From positions 10,361,607-10,425,606 of the forward strand of contig CM119268.1 of the NCBI GenBank assembly GCA_051294375.1: 64,000 bases of DNA, written 5' to 3'. The translations under genes were made by a program, and so were the position numbers. This DNA is from Paraspadella gotoi (taxonomy: Eukaryota > Animalia > Chaetognatha). Shown piece after piece: positions 24,115-46,700 of this stretch (within the stretch, counting starts at the first letter, position 1; each line of letters begins with the position of its first letter). Below the pieces are notes generated by a model. That model saw only the letters and a list, made by a program, of their open reading frames with translations, ran no database searches and was not told where the DNA came from.

Positions 24115-26999
24115 ATGACGAAGCCGTCGAGTTTTGCGTCCATTCGGAGATGGCGCCTTTCGTCGACAGATACGAGAACGATTTGGTCTCGCAGGAAAAT
24201 GAGGAGTGACCAACCTTCGGATTTCTTGACGGAATTCGGAAAACCATGTTGCTCTTTAACCCTGTGTCCTCAATCGCTTTTCTTCCAACGAGATTTTTCC
24301 TCTTTTTCATCCGTTTCTACCCCTATCACCATGGAAACCGATTACGTTATCGTTGGAGCTGGGTCGGCCGGTAGCGTCCTGGCCAATCGCCTAACTGAGA
24401 TACCTGACAATAGGGTCACCATTTTGGAGGCGGGCCCCAAAGATTATTCGTGGAAGATTCATATGCCCGCCGCCCTCATGTACAATTTGGGTGCGTAATC
24501 TGGGATTCATTGGACGTTATTGGTGACGACGATGATGAGGACCATAAAATTGTATAAACTGTGGATTTCTCACGTCCGGCGTAGGCGACGACAAATACAA
24601 CTGGTTTTATCACACCGTACCTCAGAAACACATGAACAATCGAGTCATGTACTGGCCGCGGGGTCGAGTCTGGGGTGGCTCTTCTTCACTCAATGCCATG
24701 GTTTACATCCGCGGCCACGCTTACGATTACGACAGATGGGAGAGGCAAGGAGCGAAGGGTAAGCGATCCAGGCTTTATTTCCGGAAAAGCAAAAAAAAGT
24801 TCGTAAATATTTAGTTGAATGACTTTTTACTTTCCGAAGCATTTATGTGCGATGTACATTCTGAATTATCCGCTACCGTTACGTTTAATTTTTCTCCGAG
24901 GATGGAGCTACGCCAATTGCCTTCCTTACTTTAAAAAGTCGCAACGTCACGAGCTCGGCGAGAACGAATATCGCGGCGGAGACGGGCCGCTTTGTGTCTC
25001 ACGGGGAAAAACGGGGAATCCTCTCTTTCAAGCTTGGATCGACGCTGGTTTGCAAGCTGGGTAAGCAATTTCGGTATCTCATATTATTTAACTTTATAAT
25101 TCTTCAGAAAACATTTTCCTCCTCAGTTACCCATACACCGAGGACATGAATGGGTACCAACAAGAGGGCTTTGGATGGATGGACATGACCATTCACAAAG
25201 GCCTTAGATGGAGCACCGCCTCCGCATACTTACGTCCGGCATTAAAAAGGCCCAATCTCAAAGCGGAAACGCATTGCCTAGTGACGCGGATTCTCTTTGA
25301 CTCGAAAACCGCCGTGGGCGTTGAGATGTTTGATAATAAGGGACGCCTCGTTCACGTCCGCGCGGCCAAGGAAGTGCTGCTTTGTGGGGGCGCCATCAAC
25401 TCGCCGCAGTTGCTCAATCTGAGGTGAAATTAAAAATTTTATTATTATTTCTTAATTTGAGTTTTGGGGTTTTTAAAATACCTTGGTTTCCTCAGTGGGA
25501 TCGGCAACGCCGACGATCTCTCAAAACTTGATATCGACGTCGTTCAGCACCTGCCCGGAGTTGGGGAAAATCTCCAGGAACACCTTGAAATTTACGTGCA
25601 ACAGGTATCTGAATCAACAAGTATCGAAATTGCCGTAATATCTCATTTATCCGTTGAGAATTCGGTTATCGTTTGCGTAGGCATGCACTCAGCCCGTCAC
25701 GCTCTATTCGGCCCAGTGGAAGTTTCCGCACAACATGGTTGGCATCGGGTTGAAGTGGTTTCTTCTACGAAAGGTTGGTGAATGGTATAAAAAAGAGATT
25801 TGCCAATCATTTTTACCCTAAGATGTTTTTTTTTTTTTGTTTTTTTTTTTTCTAAATCAAGGGATGGGGTGCGACAGCCCATCTGGAGGCCGGCGGATTT
25901 ATCCGGACCGAAGCCGGCGTTCCTCATCCCGACATTCAGTTTCACTTTTTACCGTCGACCATTCTGGATCACGGCCGGAAGACGGGATACGAACACGCCT
26001 ACCAGGTAAACCCTTCAATGCTTTGATTTCTTGTATTTTTTATTTATTTATTTATTTATTTATTTTTATATTTATATTTATATTTATTTATATTTATTTA
26101 TTTATTTATTTATATTTATTTATTTATTTATTTATATTTATTTATTTATATTTATTTATTTATTTATATTTATTTATTTATATTTATTTATTTATATTTA
26201 TATATTTATTTATATATTTATTTATATATTTATTTATATTTATTTATTTATTTATTTATTTATTCAGGTCCACGTCGGCCACATGAGGCCCACAAGCATT
26301 GGCAGGATGTGGATCACTTCGAAGCATCCTGGAAAATATCCCTCGCTCGATCCTAAGTAAATTTTAAAAGATTATCCTTTAACTTTGATCGTAGATTCCA
26401 TCGGCTTTGACCCTATCAGTTACCTAGCGACAGAACGCGATAGGTGGGAGTTTCGCCAGTGCATTAGACTCTCGCGCGAAATTTTCGCTCAGCCGGCCTT
26501 TGACCCATTTCGTGGTCGCGAATTGGCCCCGGGCGCCGACGTTGTCTCTGACGAAGATTTGGACGCTTTCGTCCGCGCCAACGCCGACTCCGCGTGAGTA
26601 GAAACATATGCTTTTTTCGCCCATGCGTATTGCCACTCATTACATCTCTCTTTGATTCAGTTACCATCCATCCTGCACATGCAAAATGGGTTCATCTTCC
26701 GACACGCTCGCTGTCACTGATTACGAGGGGCGAGTTTTCGGCCTCGATCGTCTACGAGTCGTCGACGCTTCAATCATGCCCTCGGTTCGATCCCCGTTCC
26801 TCTTAATCGATCGCCGCTTTTCGAACTATCCCTTATACTTCTTTCTCTTTCTCAGGTGGTAAGCGGAAACCTCAACGGCCCCGTGGTCATGATGGCCGAG
26901 AAATTGGCGGACGTCATCAAAGGAGTTGCGCCGCTGAAACAGAGCGACGCGCCTGTGTGGGAACCCAAATCGCTGAAGGAAGCTCAAAGAGGCATTTAG
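24115..26999 (+). CDS. CHDH: Choline dehydrogenase, mitochondrial (GMC oxidoreductase)
   Basis: [65 protein letters not shown]. Confidence 0.95.
26035..26263. repeat. (TTTA/TTTATA)n microsatellite in CHDH intron
   Basis: Direct reading. Confidence 0.95.
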
Positions 27000-27523
27000 C
27001 GTGAATGGAATTGATTACTGATATTGAATATTGTTTTACAATTCTACTTCGTTCAAAAGACTGATGACTTACCTTTTTAATTCAATTCGATTACTATTTC
27101 TGAAATTTTTTTCATATTTACGGTGAATAATTTTTTAAAAATGAAATTCCACATTCCCTCTTTATAAAGCTACGTTTACTGACAATCTCACTCACTGAAA
27201 AGAGCGTCGACTCAATTTATTCCAAGTTGGCCTTTGAACAGTCTCGTGATATTTTCGTGCAGATTTTTAGTTTTCTTGTCATGAGCTCGAGTGCTTTTGT
27301 TTTACCTTTTTCTTCAAATTTAGTCGCCAATTTATACGAAGTGATTTTTTTTATCTATACTTATGTTACTTCGTAATACAAATTGTACTTTTTCAGAAAT
27401 TTTCCCCTGTTAAATATCCCCCCCCACGTAAACTCTGGTGAAAGGGACAGAACGCATAGAATAATAGTCACTAAAGCGTTGAACTTTTATTTATGTAACA
27501 TAAGACTTTAAAAAACCCAAACA

Positions 27524-29586
27524 ATGGAAGAATATGCGCGTGAACCTTGCCCCTGGCGGATTGTCGACGACTGTGGAGGCGCTTTCGCCATGGGCGCCAT
27601 TGGCGGCACAGTTTTTCACAGTATTAAAGGTAAAATGGGCGAATTCTGCCCTTTTTTGATTCATTTCAACCTTCCGCGAAATCGTTATTTTCAGTCGGAT
27701 CTGCTTATCAGCAGATTCCGACTCTCCGAGCAAACATAGGAGTGCTGAATCATACTATTAAATAGCAAATGAAGATGAATTAACAATTTTGGTCATTCAC
27801 AGATTAAATGTTCAGGTGAAGAGGCTGGTTTTACAGGGCGCCACACCCGCAGCGGTGTCACCTCGTGGCGACAGCGAGACAGCATGTTCATGTAGTCCAG
27901 AGCTTTGGATCTGGCAGTAGGCCCATGCCTACAGGCGGGTTACCCGGTCCATCCCACTTTCTACATGACAACCTCAGGGCTCGAACCAGGGACGCACATT
28001 GGGATGGTGCATTAGTCCACTGAGGCGCTGCGAAAGAAACAGCATTAATCCATCTGTGGTGATAGGACCACCAGACAGGAATAATAAAAGTTGCAGTTGA
28101 CTTTCCTGCTTTAAGTTTATAAAAATCAGTTGTAAACTCATCCCAAGAGATGAGATACGGTCTAATAGATTGATCTGACAATGATTCACAGTATGGTTTA
28201 TATTTTTCTAAAAATTCAGCTTTTAATCGTAAGTTGCTTTCCTCGTTGAAGTCATTATAAACAGATTTATAATTAAGAGAAAAGTGATTAGCAATTTGAA
28301 TATTATCAAAACAACCATCTATCATATTGACCTTGTATTTTACGCCATGATTTCCAAAAACCAACATTATCTTTTTTCAGTAAATCATTCAATTTTTCAG
28401 CTTCAAAATTTGATTGCTTCAGTTTGGCATTTTTTATTTCCCGTTTATAAATAACATTAGCTTTTAATTTTGCGTCATAAATAAGACCCTTGTTGGGTTT
28501 TCCGCAATCACACCAAAGATTAAACATTTCTAAAGATTCTCTTTTTAATGTTGTAAGTTTTTCATTCCAAAAATATTTTTGAATGTTAGGGGGACTACGC
28601 GGAGGTGTAGCTTCTGCTAGTTCTATAGCGTGAACTATATCATAAAAATATTTCTCAATACTGAAAACGTGATTATCGTCGTCACAACACTTTTCACCGT
28701 GGAGTAATGAATCAAAAGGAATGTTAATTTTATCTAATTCTGATTATAAAGTATAATACGTTTTTCGATCTTCAATTTTAATTTTTTTCCAATTGATAAA
28801 AGGTGTTTAAGTTTTTTTTAATTACTGTACTACTTTTTAAATAAACAGATATGTCTATACCATCATAACAAATATTGACATTAGATAAAATTGATTTTAA
28901 TGAACTACTAAGAAATATACCATCAATTAAAGACTGAGATTTTGAATCTTTTCGTAGGCAGATCCGTCATTGTTTGCTGAAACTTGTTCCCTTACTATTG
29001 AAGGTTTCCGAAATGCCCCGACTGGTTACCGACGACGGTTAGCGGGAATGCTGACCGGAGTCAAGACGCGAGCGCCCATCACTGGCGGTAATTTCGCCGT
29101 TTGGGGCGGAACCTTTTCTGCCATCGATTGTTCGCTCGTCTACCTTCGGCAGAAGGAGGATCCTTGGAACTCGATCGCCTCGGGCGCCTGCACTGGCGCC
29201 ATCCTGTCTGTTCGGAACGGTGCTCCGGCCATGATCGGATCTGCGATCGTGGGTGAGAACTTACTTCTTTCTTTCTTTCTTTATTTCCTTTTTTCTTTCT
29301 CTCTCTTTCTTTCTTACTCTTTCTTTCTTTCTCTTTCTTCCTCTCTCTCTTTCTTTCTCTCTCTTTTTCTTTCTTTCTTTCTCTCTCTTTTATTCGCTCT
29401 CTCTTTCTTTCTCTCTTTCTCTCGCTAACTCAGTTTTCTTGATGCTCAGGTGGTGTCCTGTTAGCGATGATTGAGGGAATCAACATCATGTTCACGAGAT
29501 TCGCTTCAGAACAGTTCAAACCTCAACCACCACCGCCGCCCGAGAGCGGACCCCCACAGCCTATCTATCCCGGCGCCTATCAATGA
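27524..29586 (+). CDS. TIMM17: Mitochondrial import inner membrane translocase TIM17, 3 exons
   Basis: [53 protein letters not shown]. Confidence 0.97.
28040..28800 (-). mobile_element. Degenerate non-LTR retrotransposon (LINE ORF2) fragment in TIM17 intron 1
   Basis: [28 protein letters not shown]...YKREIKNAK...FWKSW resembles the endonuclease-RT linker of LINE ORF2; frameshifted. Confidence 0.6.
29265..29425. repeat. (CT/TTTC)n pyrimidine microsatellite in TIM17 intron 2
   Basis: Direct reading. Confidence 0.9.
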
Positions 29587-30192
29587 CGTCAAATATCGAA
29601 GGCATAGTCTTGCAAGCGCAACGCGAGTGCTTCCCTCCCCCCTCACTCTCAGTCAACGGACAATTATACCATTCATTAGTTTCGAAAAACGATTACGGGA
29701 GTCATTTCAACTCTCGTTGGTTTCTATATCCGCCTAACCCAAATGACTTACGTTTACCAGTGACCGGGATTCCGTGATAGTGACAATCTGTGTGGAGTTT
29801 GTTTTTTTTTCGTTTTTTTTGGTTTTTTTTTTGAGCGGCATATAGTTTGACCGGAAGAAAATTTGAAATTTTTTCTCGTGCGTTTATTCTGCCCTTTCGT
29901 ATTAAATTTAAAATAATAAGAATCTTCCCCTGACACTTAATCGCCATGCCGCGGTCATCCGCGGAAACGCGTAACAACAGGGTACGGTGTCTTAAATTCT
30001 ACCCTTTTCGTCCCTACTTGCTGTGAAAGTGAGTAAACCCCGTTGTTTTTTTTTGTCTAGTTTTTCGTATTTTTCTCCGCAGTTTTCACTCATTTTAAGA
30101 CTTTTCATGATGACAGGTAATGTCCTTAAAAAATAAGTGGCTTGCTGTGAGCAAAACCGACAAATCTCTGACCATATATCCCGGGGTCCAAA

Positions 30193-32706
30193 ATGAATCT
30201 CGGTCCTCGTCCCCTTCCGGTCTCACGTTTCAACTGCCTCGCTGACGCAATCCACCCTCGCCTCGGCGCTGTTTGGACCGATGGCACCCAACTGTCTCTC
30301 GTCAAAGTTGTGGGCTGCGTCGTCGAGCAGCACCCGTTGAAAGCTCCGTTGAAAAACGGCGACCATGTTTTAGCCGCCGCGTGGAACTTTAGTAACGGCG
30401 AAGAAGGTAAAGGCCGAATGCCGCGAGCATTTTATCTAGACTTTTCTTTTCATAATGTAAGGGAATAATGTATACTGTATACATTGTATAGATATATATA
30501 GTATTATATACTTGTAAGAGATGATTATTTAATATGATCTTAAATGAGATTGAATCCTTCAATCTCATAACCCCCTTATATACTCATATAATACACCCCT
30601 TACACTAATTCCCTGATATTCTTTCAGATTTGCTCGGCGTCTTGACGGGTTCTTCTTTCCTCGTCCTCGGTGTCACTTCCCTCGGGGAATCCGTCATTCG
30701 TCTCGGGCATCTCCCTTCCAGTCGTCGTCCAACCGGCATCGTTTGGAATCCCGTCGAAGTTTTTAAAGTGTGCGTGCTGTACGACGATGCCGTCGCCGTC
30801 GCCACTGTTCGCCCAAGCTCTCGCATCGGGTCAACGACCTTCTGCATCGTTGCCGAATTTGTTTCTTCCGGTGGCGTGGGGGCCAATCCAGCTGCTTGGT
30901 CTCCTTCCGGTTCCTCGCTTTTCTTCGGCGTCGGGCGACAATTGTTTACGTGGGCAAAAGAGGATGATATAGACTCAGAAACGTCGAAATTGAACGTTAC
31001 CTTTAAGGGTCAGTTGGATTTTCGAATGCAAATTCAATATCTTATCATATTGGCATATAATTAAAAGATTAAATGGAAACAATGCAAATGAAATCAAATG
31101 TTAAAAAAATAATATTCAAAAGGTATCACAAAATAATGATTATAAATCATAAGTCTTTTAATGTCCGTTGACGAGAATTACGCTCCAACATTAGGCTTCG
31201 AGTTTTTAAGGTGATAGAATGATATATATTACAAGGCAGAATAACGAACAAGTCCAGACTATGTGACAACCCTCGAAGCAGGCATATCAATTTTTCTGAC
31301 ATTTTGTTAGGCGACATCGTGAGCATAACTTCACCTTTCGAAGATCGTCTGCTGGTTGCCACATCCGCCGATCTTCTCTCCGAAGCAACGCAAAGTGATT
31401 CCGATATTCGATTGGTTTCGCCGATTTCCCTAGGAACAGTACTGGACGATGGGGACGTTTCATTTAAGGGACAACCGATCCAGAAAGTTCGAGGGGCCGT
31501 TTCCCGCGACGTCACCGCTCGCCTTCTACTCCTCGCTCGTGATGGTGACTCATGGCGGGTCGTTGACGACGCCGTCCTTCCTGGAATTCTTTCTCCTGAT
31601 TTGATGGCTTTCGACGCGGCGACTCGGTCTGTCATTGTCGGAGGAAACTCTGCCGATTTAGCCTACAGTCTAAAGGTGTCGGAAGATTTTCTCGGGTCTT
31701 TAAACAAATTCGCGTTGCCGGGAGGTAAGTCCGGGGAAAACTCCTTGACGCAACTATCAACTGAATTTTACTTTATATTAATTTTTTCCGAGGTTGTCAC
31801 TTAAAAGGAGTGACCAGCGCCGTTGGGTTCGGAGAATCCATTTCTTCCACGTTTCTCCTCGCCCTTTCTTCGTCGTCCACGTCAATCCTATTTCCGCCGT
31901 CTTCTTCCGTTTCTTCCAACGACGTCTTTTTCCGATTCCTCGACTCTTCGTCTCCCTCGACTGAATTGTATCCTAAGTATTCAGATTCGGACGGCCTCGA
32001 CCCTCGTTCGCAGGAGATCGAATTAGCCTCACTTGGTGGAGGCGAGGCCCACGATGCAAGCGGACGCGACGACGATGAAAACCTCAAATCGTTAATGCGA
32101 GATTGTATATTCGCTTTGCGGAAATCGAATACGAAACGACTCGAGGAAAACCAAAATGGGCTCGTTGATTCCCGGACAGAATCCGGTCTTGACTTGCTGA
32201 TGAGGGACTGCGCGGTCGCCGCCGCAAGAAATACTGACGGTGATGAAGATTCCGAAAAAGACGAACGATCGAGCGCAGCATTCGTGCGGTCGAGCTCGAC
32301 GATAACCGAAGCGTGCAATGGATCTATCGAGCCTGTCACTTTGTCGAAACGCGGTCCGATCTACGTGACGGAGTTATTAAAAGCAAAATCCCAGGATACC
32401 TCCAAATTAGGGGCAGAATTTGGACTGCAATCGGGGATAGAAATCGGGCATTCTTTAAAAGCAGTACCTTTCACGAATACAAAAGAGTATCCGGCCCTGT
32501 CAATACCACTAAACACTCGCTCCACTTTTGAACCGGATGTCGATTTAGAAGCGACCCTGCGAAATTTCGATGAACGCCTAAATCGAATAGAGAAGATGCT
32601 TACGAGGCGTTTCTCGAAGGAGACTGTCCCTTCATCTCTGAAAAAACTCGATGAAAGAATTTCCAAGATTGAGCGGCTTGTAGAAAAAGTTTGCGACGAT
32701 GCTTGA
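30193..32706 (+). CDS. WDCP: WD repeat and coiled-coil protein (C2orf44-like)
   Basis: N-terminus MNLG..L.VSRFNCLADAIHPRLGAVWTDG resembles WDCP (MELG..[23 protein letters not shown]); LPGILSPDLMAFD motif; C-terminal coiled coil. Confidence 0.75.
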
Positions 32707-32911
32707 CGTTTGGGAAATGCTTACGCCTTTGTTTACAACCGTTTTCAGTGCCTCTTTTATCGATGCTACGACTCATTTTTAATTTCCTTTTTCTATCAAA
32801 ATCAAATTTGCACTTGGCCAGCTTTACAAAACATTTTATTTACATTTTTTCATTCGGTTTTACAGGTATATGAGGGGGTGAAAATTGAGAGAAATTTGGG
32901 CTTAGTTTTAA

Positions 32912-41735
<8,824 letters not shown>

Positions 41736-42053
41736 AGGAACCTTTTTATCACTCGAAAAATTGATGGGGGAGAAAAACGGGATGGAGTGAACTTTAAGTT
41801 GTGGGAAGTTACTATACAATAAAGTTTATAAAAACCTGTCGCCGATTCGTACCTCCTCTGACAGCTTTTTTACGTGTTTTTCTTCACGCCATTTGCTATT
41901 TAAATAATTAACACCAGTTTTAAAAAAATGTTTTATTCTCTAAGATTTGGGTTTGGGTTATATAATATTTTTTGTTCCGGTTAAACTTAAAGCTTTTTTA
42001 CAGGAAAGAAAAGGGATTTTCATTTATTAAATGTGAACGTGACATTTGATCTA

Positions 42054-43053
42054 ATGGAACCCGCGTTCGTCTCCGGTGCAGCACTGTCGGCTCTCGGCGT
42101 CTTCGCCGTTCTTCTTAACCTCGTCGTCCTTGTAGCGTTGTGGCGGCGTCGTGGACGCCGGCGATTTTCTACGGCGCCACTCTTCAGCCTGGCAGCGGCT
42201 GATTTAGGCATCGCCATCTGCGGTTGCCCCGCCGCTGCCGCCGCCGCTTTCGAAGGCCGTTGGCTCTGGGGAGAACGAGGATGCCAATTCTACGGATTCC
42301 AGGGTTTATTCTTCGGCCTCGCCAGCATCATGAGCGTCGCTTTTATCCAACATCGTCGCTACGTCGCCCTCTGTAAAAACGGCGCCCATGACCACACCGC
42401 CTACACTTGCTTTATATGGTTATACGCAGCTTTTTTCGCCGCAGCTCCTCTTTTCGGATGGCACCGTTACGCAATGGAACCGCTCGGACGCAGCTGCACC
42501 ATCGATTACCAGGTTGGAATAGTTTGAGGCAAGATTCCTTGATTTAAAGCATTTTATTTTATATTGTTTACTTGTCGTAGGACAATTCCCTCTCTTTCGT
42601 CTCTTACCTCTCCTGCATCTTTGTCTTTTCCTACGTCGCGCCCCTAGCGGCGATGATTTATTGGGAAACGGCCATTCGCCGTGGATCGGTGGTGGCGACG
42701 AAGGAGGATATCGAGAAAGCGCTTGGGACGAGTCGCACGGCGCTGGGACTGGTCGCGGTAGAGATTCATCCCTGATTGAGTCAATGGACGCGAAAAAAAC
42801 TGGGAAAACGAAATTTTTTTTTTTTTTGGCTCAGGTCATTCTCCTCTGCTGGTCTCCCTACGCGGTGGTCTGTCTCTGGTCCGCTTTGGTTGGCGCAGCG
42901 TCTCTTCCGCCGTGGTGCGTGGAGATGGCTCCCATCAGCGCCAAATCGGCGCCTGTTCTCGATCCCCTCATATTTCTCACGATTCCCGAAGTCCGGGACG
43001 CAGTCGCTAGTTTGGTCGGGAAAGACAACGGTTCTCGAGCTAAACAAAACTGA
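42054..43053 (+). CDS. Opsin of the retinochrome/RGR/peropsin (photoisomerase) group, 3 exons
   Basis: 7TM pattern; GCQFYGFQG, YAMEPLGRSCTIDY (Glu181-equivalent), CWSPYAV, retinal-binding Lys in ISAKSAPVLDPLIF. Confidence 0.85.
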
Positions 43054-43705
43054 AGTAGAAAAGATAATCATTAATCAATATTCAATATTTTAATCGTTGA
43101 TTTTTTTTGTTTACTCATTGATTTGGTTATTTTTGGGACGTTTATTTTTTTTTGCTGATTGGCATAAGATCCCAGTGTCTTTTGTTTGCTCGATTGTCAG
43201 CGCCACAGCGTTAAACGAATTTTTGCAATGGCATTTTCTGGGTTGATTGAAATTTGGCTTTGTTTTTATTTTGTCACAATTTAACGTTTATTATGTTTTA
43301 ACTTTATGTATTGACTGTTATTTTTCCAAGTTTCATTAAGTTTTCGTTTATTGTATTTTAGGTTAGCGGCAACCTAATTTACCTCTTTTTACCTGTTAAT
43401 ACTCACGTTTTTATTTTGTACTTTTTGTTTTTTATCACGAAATTTACATGTCAATATTTCTCAAAACCCTCATAAATTAATCAATAATCATGCAGCATTT
43501 TTCGTGGTGGCTGACGTTAATTTATTGATTTATTAATAGAATTTAAATTGGTTCTTACACTTTTTACATCCCCTTCGAAGACTAAGCTCGTCTACCCGCG
43601 ATCCTAGTCTGAACTCTTGGTCTCGCCTTTCATTGCCCATCAGTCTCACTCGGTGGACGGGCTCGCTGTATTTAAGGACGGCTTCCTGATGAGATCTTCG
43701 GCACG

Positions 43706-46700
43706 ATGTCCGACAGCGAGGAAGAGGAGAGCCTGAGAAAGGCCGCCCTCGCTACTCGCCTTTCGGGAAGCGAAGGCTTGGCCCCGGATCCCGCAGCTCA
43801 ATTCTCCGTCGGACCGGAATCAGCGACGGAAGCTTCCCCCACTCCACAACCTCCACCTACGCCCCAACATCCGCTGGACTTATTGACGCGGGCAAAGATG
43901 TCGGCGCCTCCGACCCCGCCGGTTTCTGGCGCACCTTTTCGAGGCCTCCCTCCTCCGCAACATTCCTCCCATCGACAGACTTTCGCCCCCGACCAACCGG
44001 CGCTTTTGCCGTTGCCAACGCCGCCAACACCGATCATGGCGCGATTCCCCATCGTCGTCGCTCGCGTCCCTGTTCCAGTCGCCATGACGCCCATTGGAGC
44101 AGCGGCAGCGGCGGCCGCTTCGGTCGGTCTATTACGCCATCATCAACCCCCACTGGGGACGCCTTTGCCTATGACCGCCGCTATTTCTCCGCTACGTCCC
44201 GTATCAAGCGTTTCCGGTCCCCATCCAGGCGTCTTGGCCCCGCCTACGGGTCCACCTCCTTCTCTGCCGCCACCACCTGCTCCTCCCCTGGCTCTGACGA
44301 CTCCGGGCCACCCACGTCTCGCCAACGCATTCGCCGGGTCGCCCTTGATGATGCAACCGATGCCGCGACCCCCCCACCCTGGTGGTGTTAATCCGACACT
44401 CGGTTCTCACCGACCGCCCCCAGGCTTTGCAGCCGCACCCTCCCCTTTTCATTCCCCGCCCCTTCGACCCTACGGTCCTTTGGATCCATCATCCCACGCC
44501 CATGGACAGCCACCGACGGTACATCAGATGCCGTTCCCTCCCACCGGCCACGCGCCCCGCCCACCGTACCAGTACCCCTCCGGAGCTCCCGGTTATCCAA
44601 CCGCCTATATGCCAAGACCGCCAGCCGTCGTTCCAACTCATATCCACCCGCATCACGGCTCCCAGCCACCACTTCCCCCCTCCGCCCAGAATGCGGCGGC
44701 GGCAGCGGCAGAAGATTTTATATCCCGCGGGGGCAAGCGCAGTGGGGTTCGTTCTCGGTCGAGATCTAGCTCAAGTTACTCTAGTTACTCTAGCTATTCG
44801 TCTGGAGGAAGAGGTTCGTTGCTTTGCAATACGTATTCTTTTCGCGGAAACATTCTTTTTTAAAAATAAAATAAGATATTACACCTAATTTCATTTTATT
44901 TTCATAGGCTCTCGCCTTCGACGCACTCCGGTACGCGCCCGCTCCCCTTCCGTATCCCTTCGCTCCTCCTCCCTCTCGTCTCGCAGCCGCAGCGGTGAAG
45001 GAAGAGGTCGGGGTTCTGGCGTTCGACGGGATCGCGCCCGGACGCCGGTGTCTCGTTCTCAGTCTTCGACGTCTGCGACCTCATCGAGCGTCGCGTCGAG
45101 CCCCACTAGGTGGAGCGAGGTCTTTTTTTTGTGTTTCGTTGGCGACCCTATTAAACGCTTAAGTTCCTGTACAGACCGACGCGCCGTACGCCCCGTCGAC
45201 GCCGCCCGTCCGGCAGCGCCTCTCCCTCCGACGTTCGTCCGCGACGCCGACCTGAATCCCGCAGCGCTTCACCCGCCACCGGACGTCGACGCTCGACTTC
45301 TAATCAACGTCGCCACCGAACATCGATGTCCCCGGCGTCCCCACGCCGAGGGCCTCAGCGTTATGGGTCCGGGTCCGTTTAATAAATAATCTCGTTCATG
45401 ATAAGTTTGTTATACTTATTACTTAATTGAATTTTCTCTTTAAGTTTGGTGTCTCCCGGAAGAACGAGGCCCTACCGTCGGACAGAACACGGGAGAAAAC
45501 GATCGGGCGAGCAGAAAGGAAACAGATTAAAGGATGACGACGACCGGGGAAATCGCCCATCGGGAGACAGAGTCGAGGGTGACGATGATGTTATTACTGG
45601 CAATGCTTTCGATGGTAGAACCGCGGAAAGAGTTCCGCTTGAAAATTCCGACGCGATGCCGAAAATGGCAGAAGCGGAGAAGACGAAGAACTTTGATGCG
45701 GACGGAGATGTGGATGGGAAAAGAGAAAGAGGGATCGGTAGAGACGGCGGGGGAGGAGGAGAAAGGGGAAGGTGGGAGGGACGCTCGCGTCAGCGAAACG
45801 AAAGAAGGGACGGATCAAATTTACCCCAGCGCCAGAATCAACATCACCAGCAGATAGGTCGACAGCCTCAGGATCGCCATCAGTGGAATCAAAATCGTCC
45901 GCATCATCACAATCCACCGATAATGCACCAGCAATCTTATCAGAATCGCACGCGCCGCCCGTTACAGAGGAATAACAACTTTGCTGACCAGAATTTCGCC
46001 AATAATAGATCTCAACCACAGCACAATTTTCCACCAAGGCAGCAATCGAATTATTCGCACCAGCAGCAGGAACCGCATTTTCAACCACAACAACTTAATC
46101 AAGATCACAATCAAGACCGTCGACGCCGTTTATCCCAAACGAATCATCGAAGCGGCGACACCGCCGTCAGATCGCGCGAGTTTCATCCGCCTCCTGATTA
46201 TGCCGCTGTTTCAGCATCCACCGACGCTACAGTTGCCAACGTTGTCACCAATTCTGCAATAAAGCCTTTGATGCCGGCGTCTTTCGGAACCAACAAGGAC
46301 GATGCCGGCAAAGGTAGCGGCCGTAAATTATCGGTCGAAAAAGAACATGACCCAGGTCGAGTTGCCACCGATTGGGGAAAATCGAGAAAACTGAGTAACC
46401 AGCAATCGCGTGACCAAAAGTCGTCTCCGCCTCGCGATCAACGTAACCGGAATGACCATTTTCGAGAGCGCCGACCGCAGCATGGACGTGAAGCTGTGAA
46501 CAAGACGAAAGTCAGGGAACGCCATGACCCTAACCTTGTCACTCGACTCAGCAAGCTTGCTGGACTCGACGCCGCCAAAGCCTCCGTCGGGGGAAGAACC
46601 AGGGAAACTGGTGTGGAGGAGAGAAAGCAAGCGCCCTCGAGGAAGACCGCGGTCGAAAAGGCGGAGGTGAAAGAGGAAAATGTTGAAAAGGCAGACGCGA

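Noticed and set aside
25837-26360. Hydrophobic F/I/Y/L-rich ORFs
   Set aside because: Translation of the (TTTA)n microsatellite inside a CHDH intron
27835-27900. HDV-like ribozyme candidate (GTC-ACCTCGT-GGC)
   Set aside because: A P3/L3-like piece is present but I could not build convincing P1 and P2 pairings
42720-42835. Apparent frameshift or premature stop in opsin TM6
   Set aside because: Careful reading gives an in-frame GT-AG intron 42758-42834 (ALGLVA|VILLCW)
43686-43730. CTGATGAG possible hammerhead core before the Pro-rich gene
   Set aside because: No GAAA after a stem II and no closing stems
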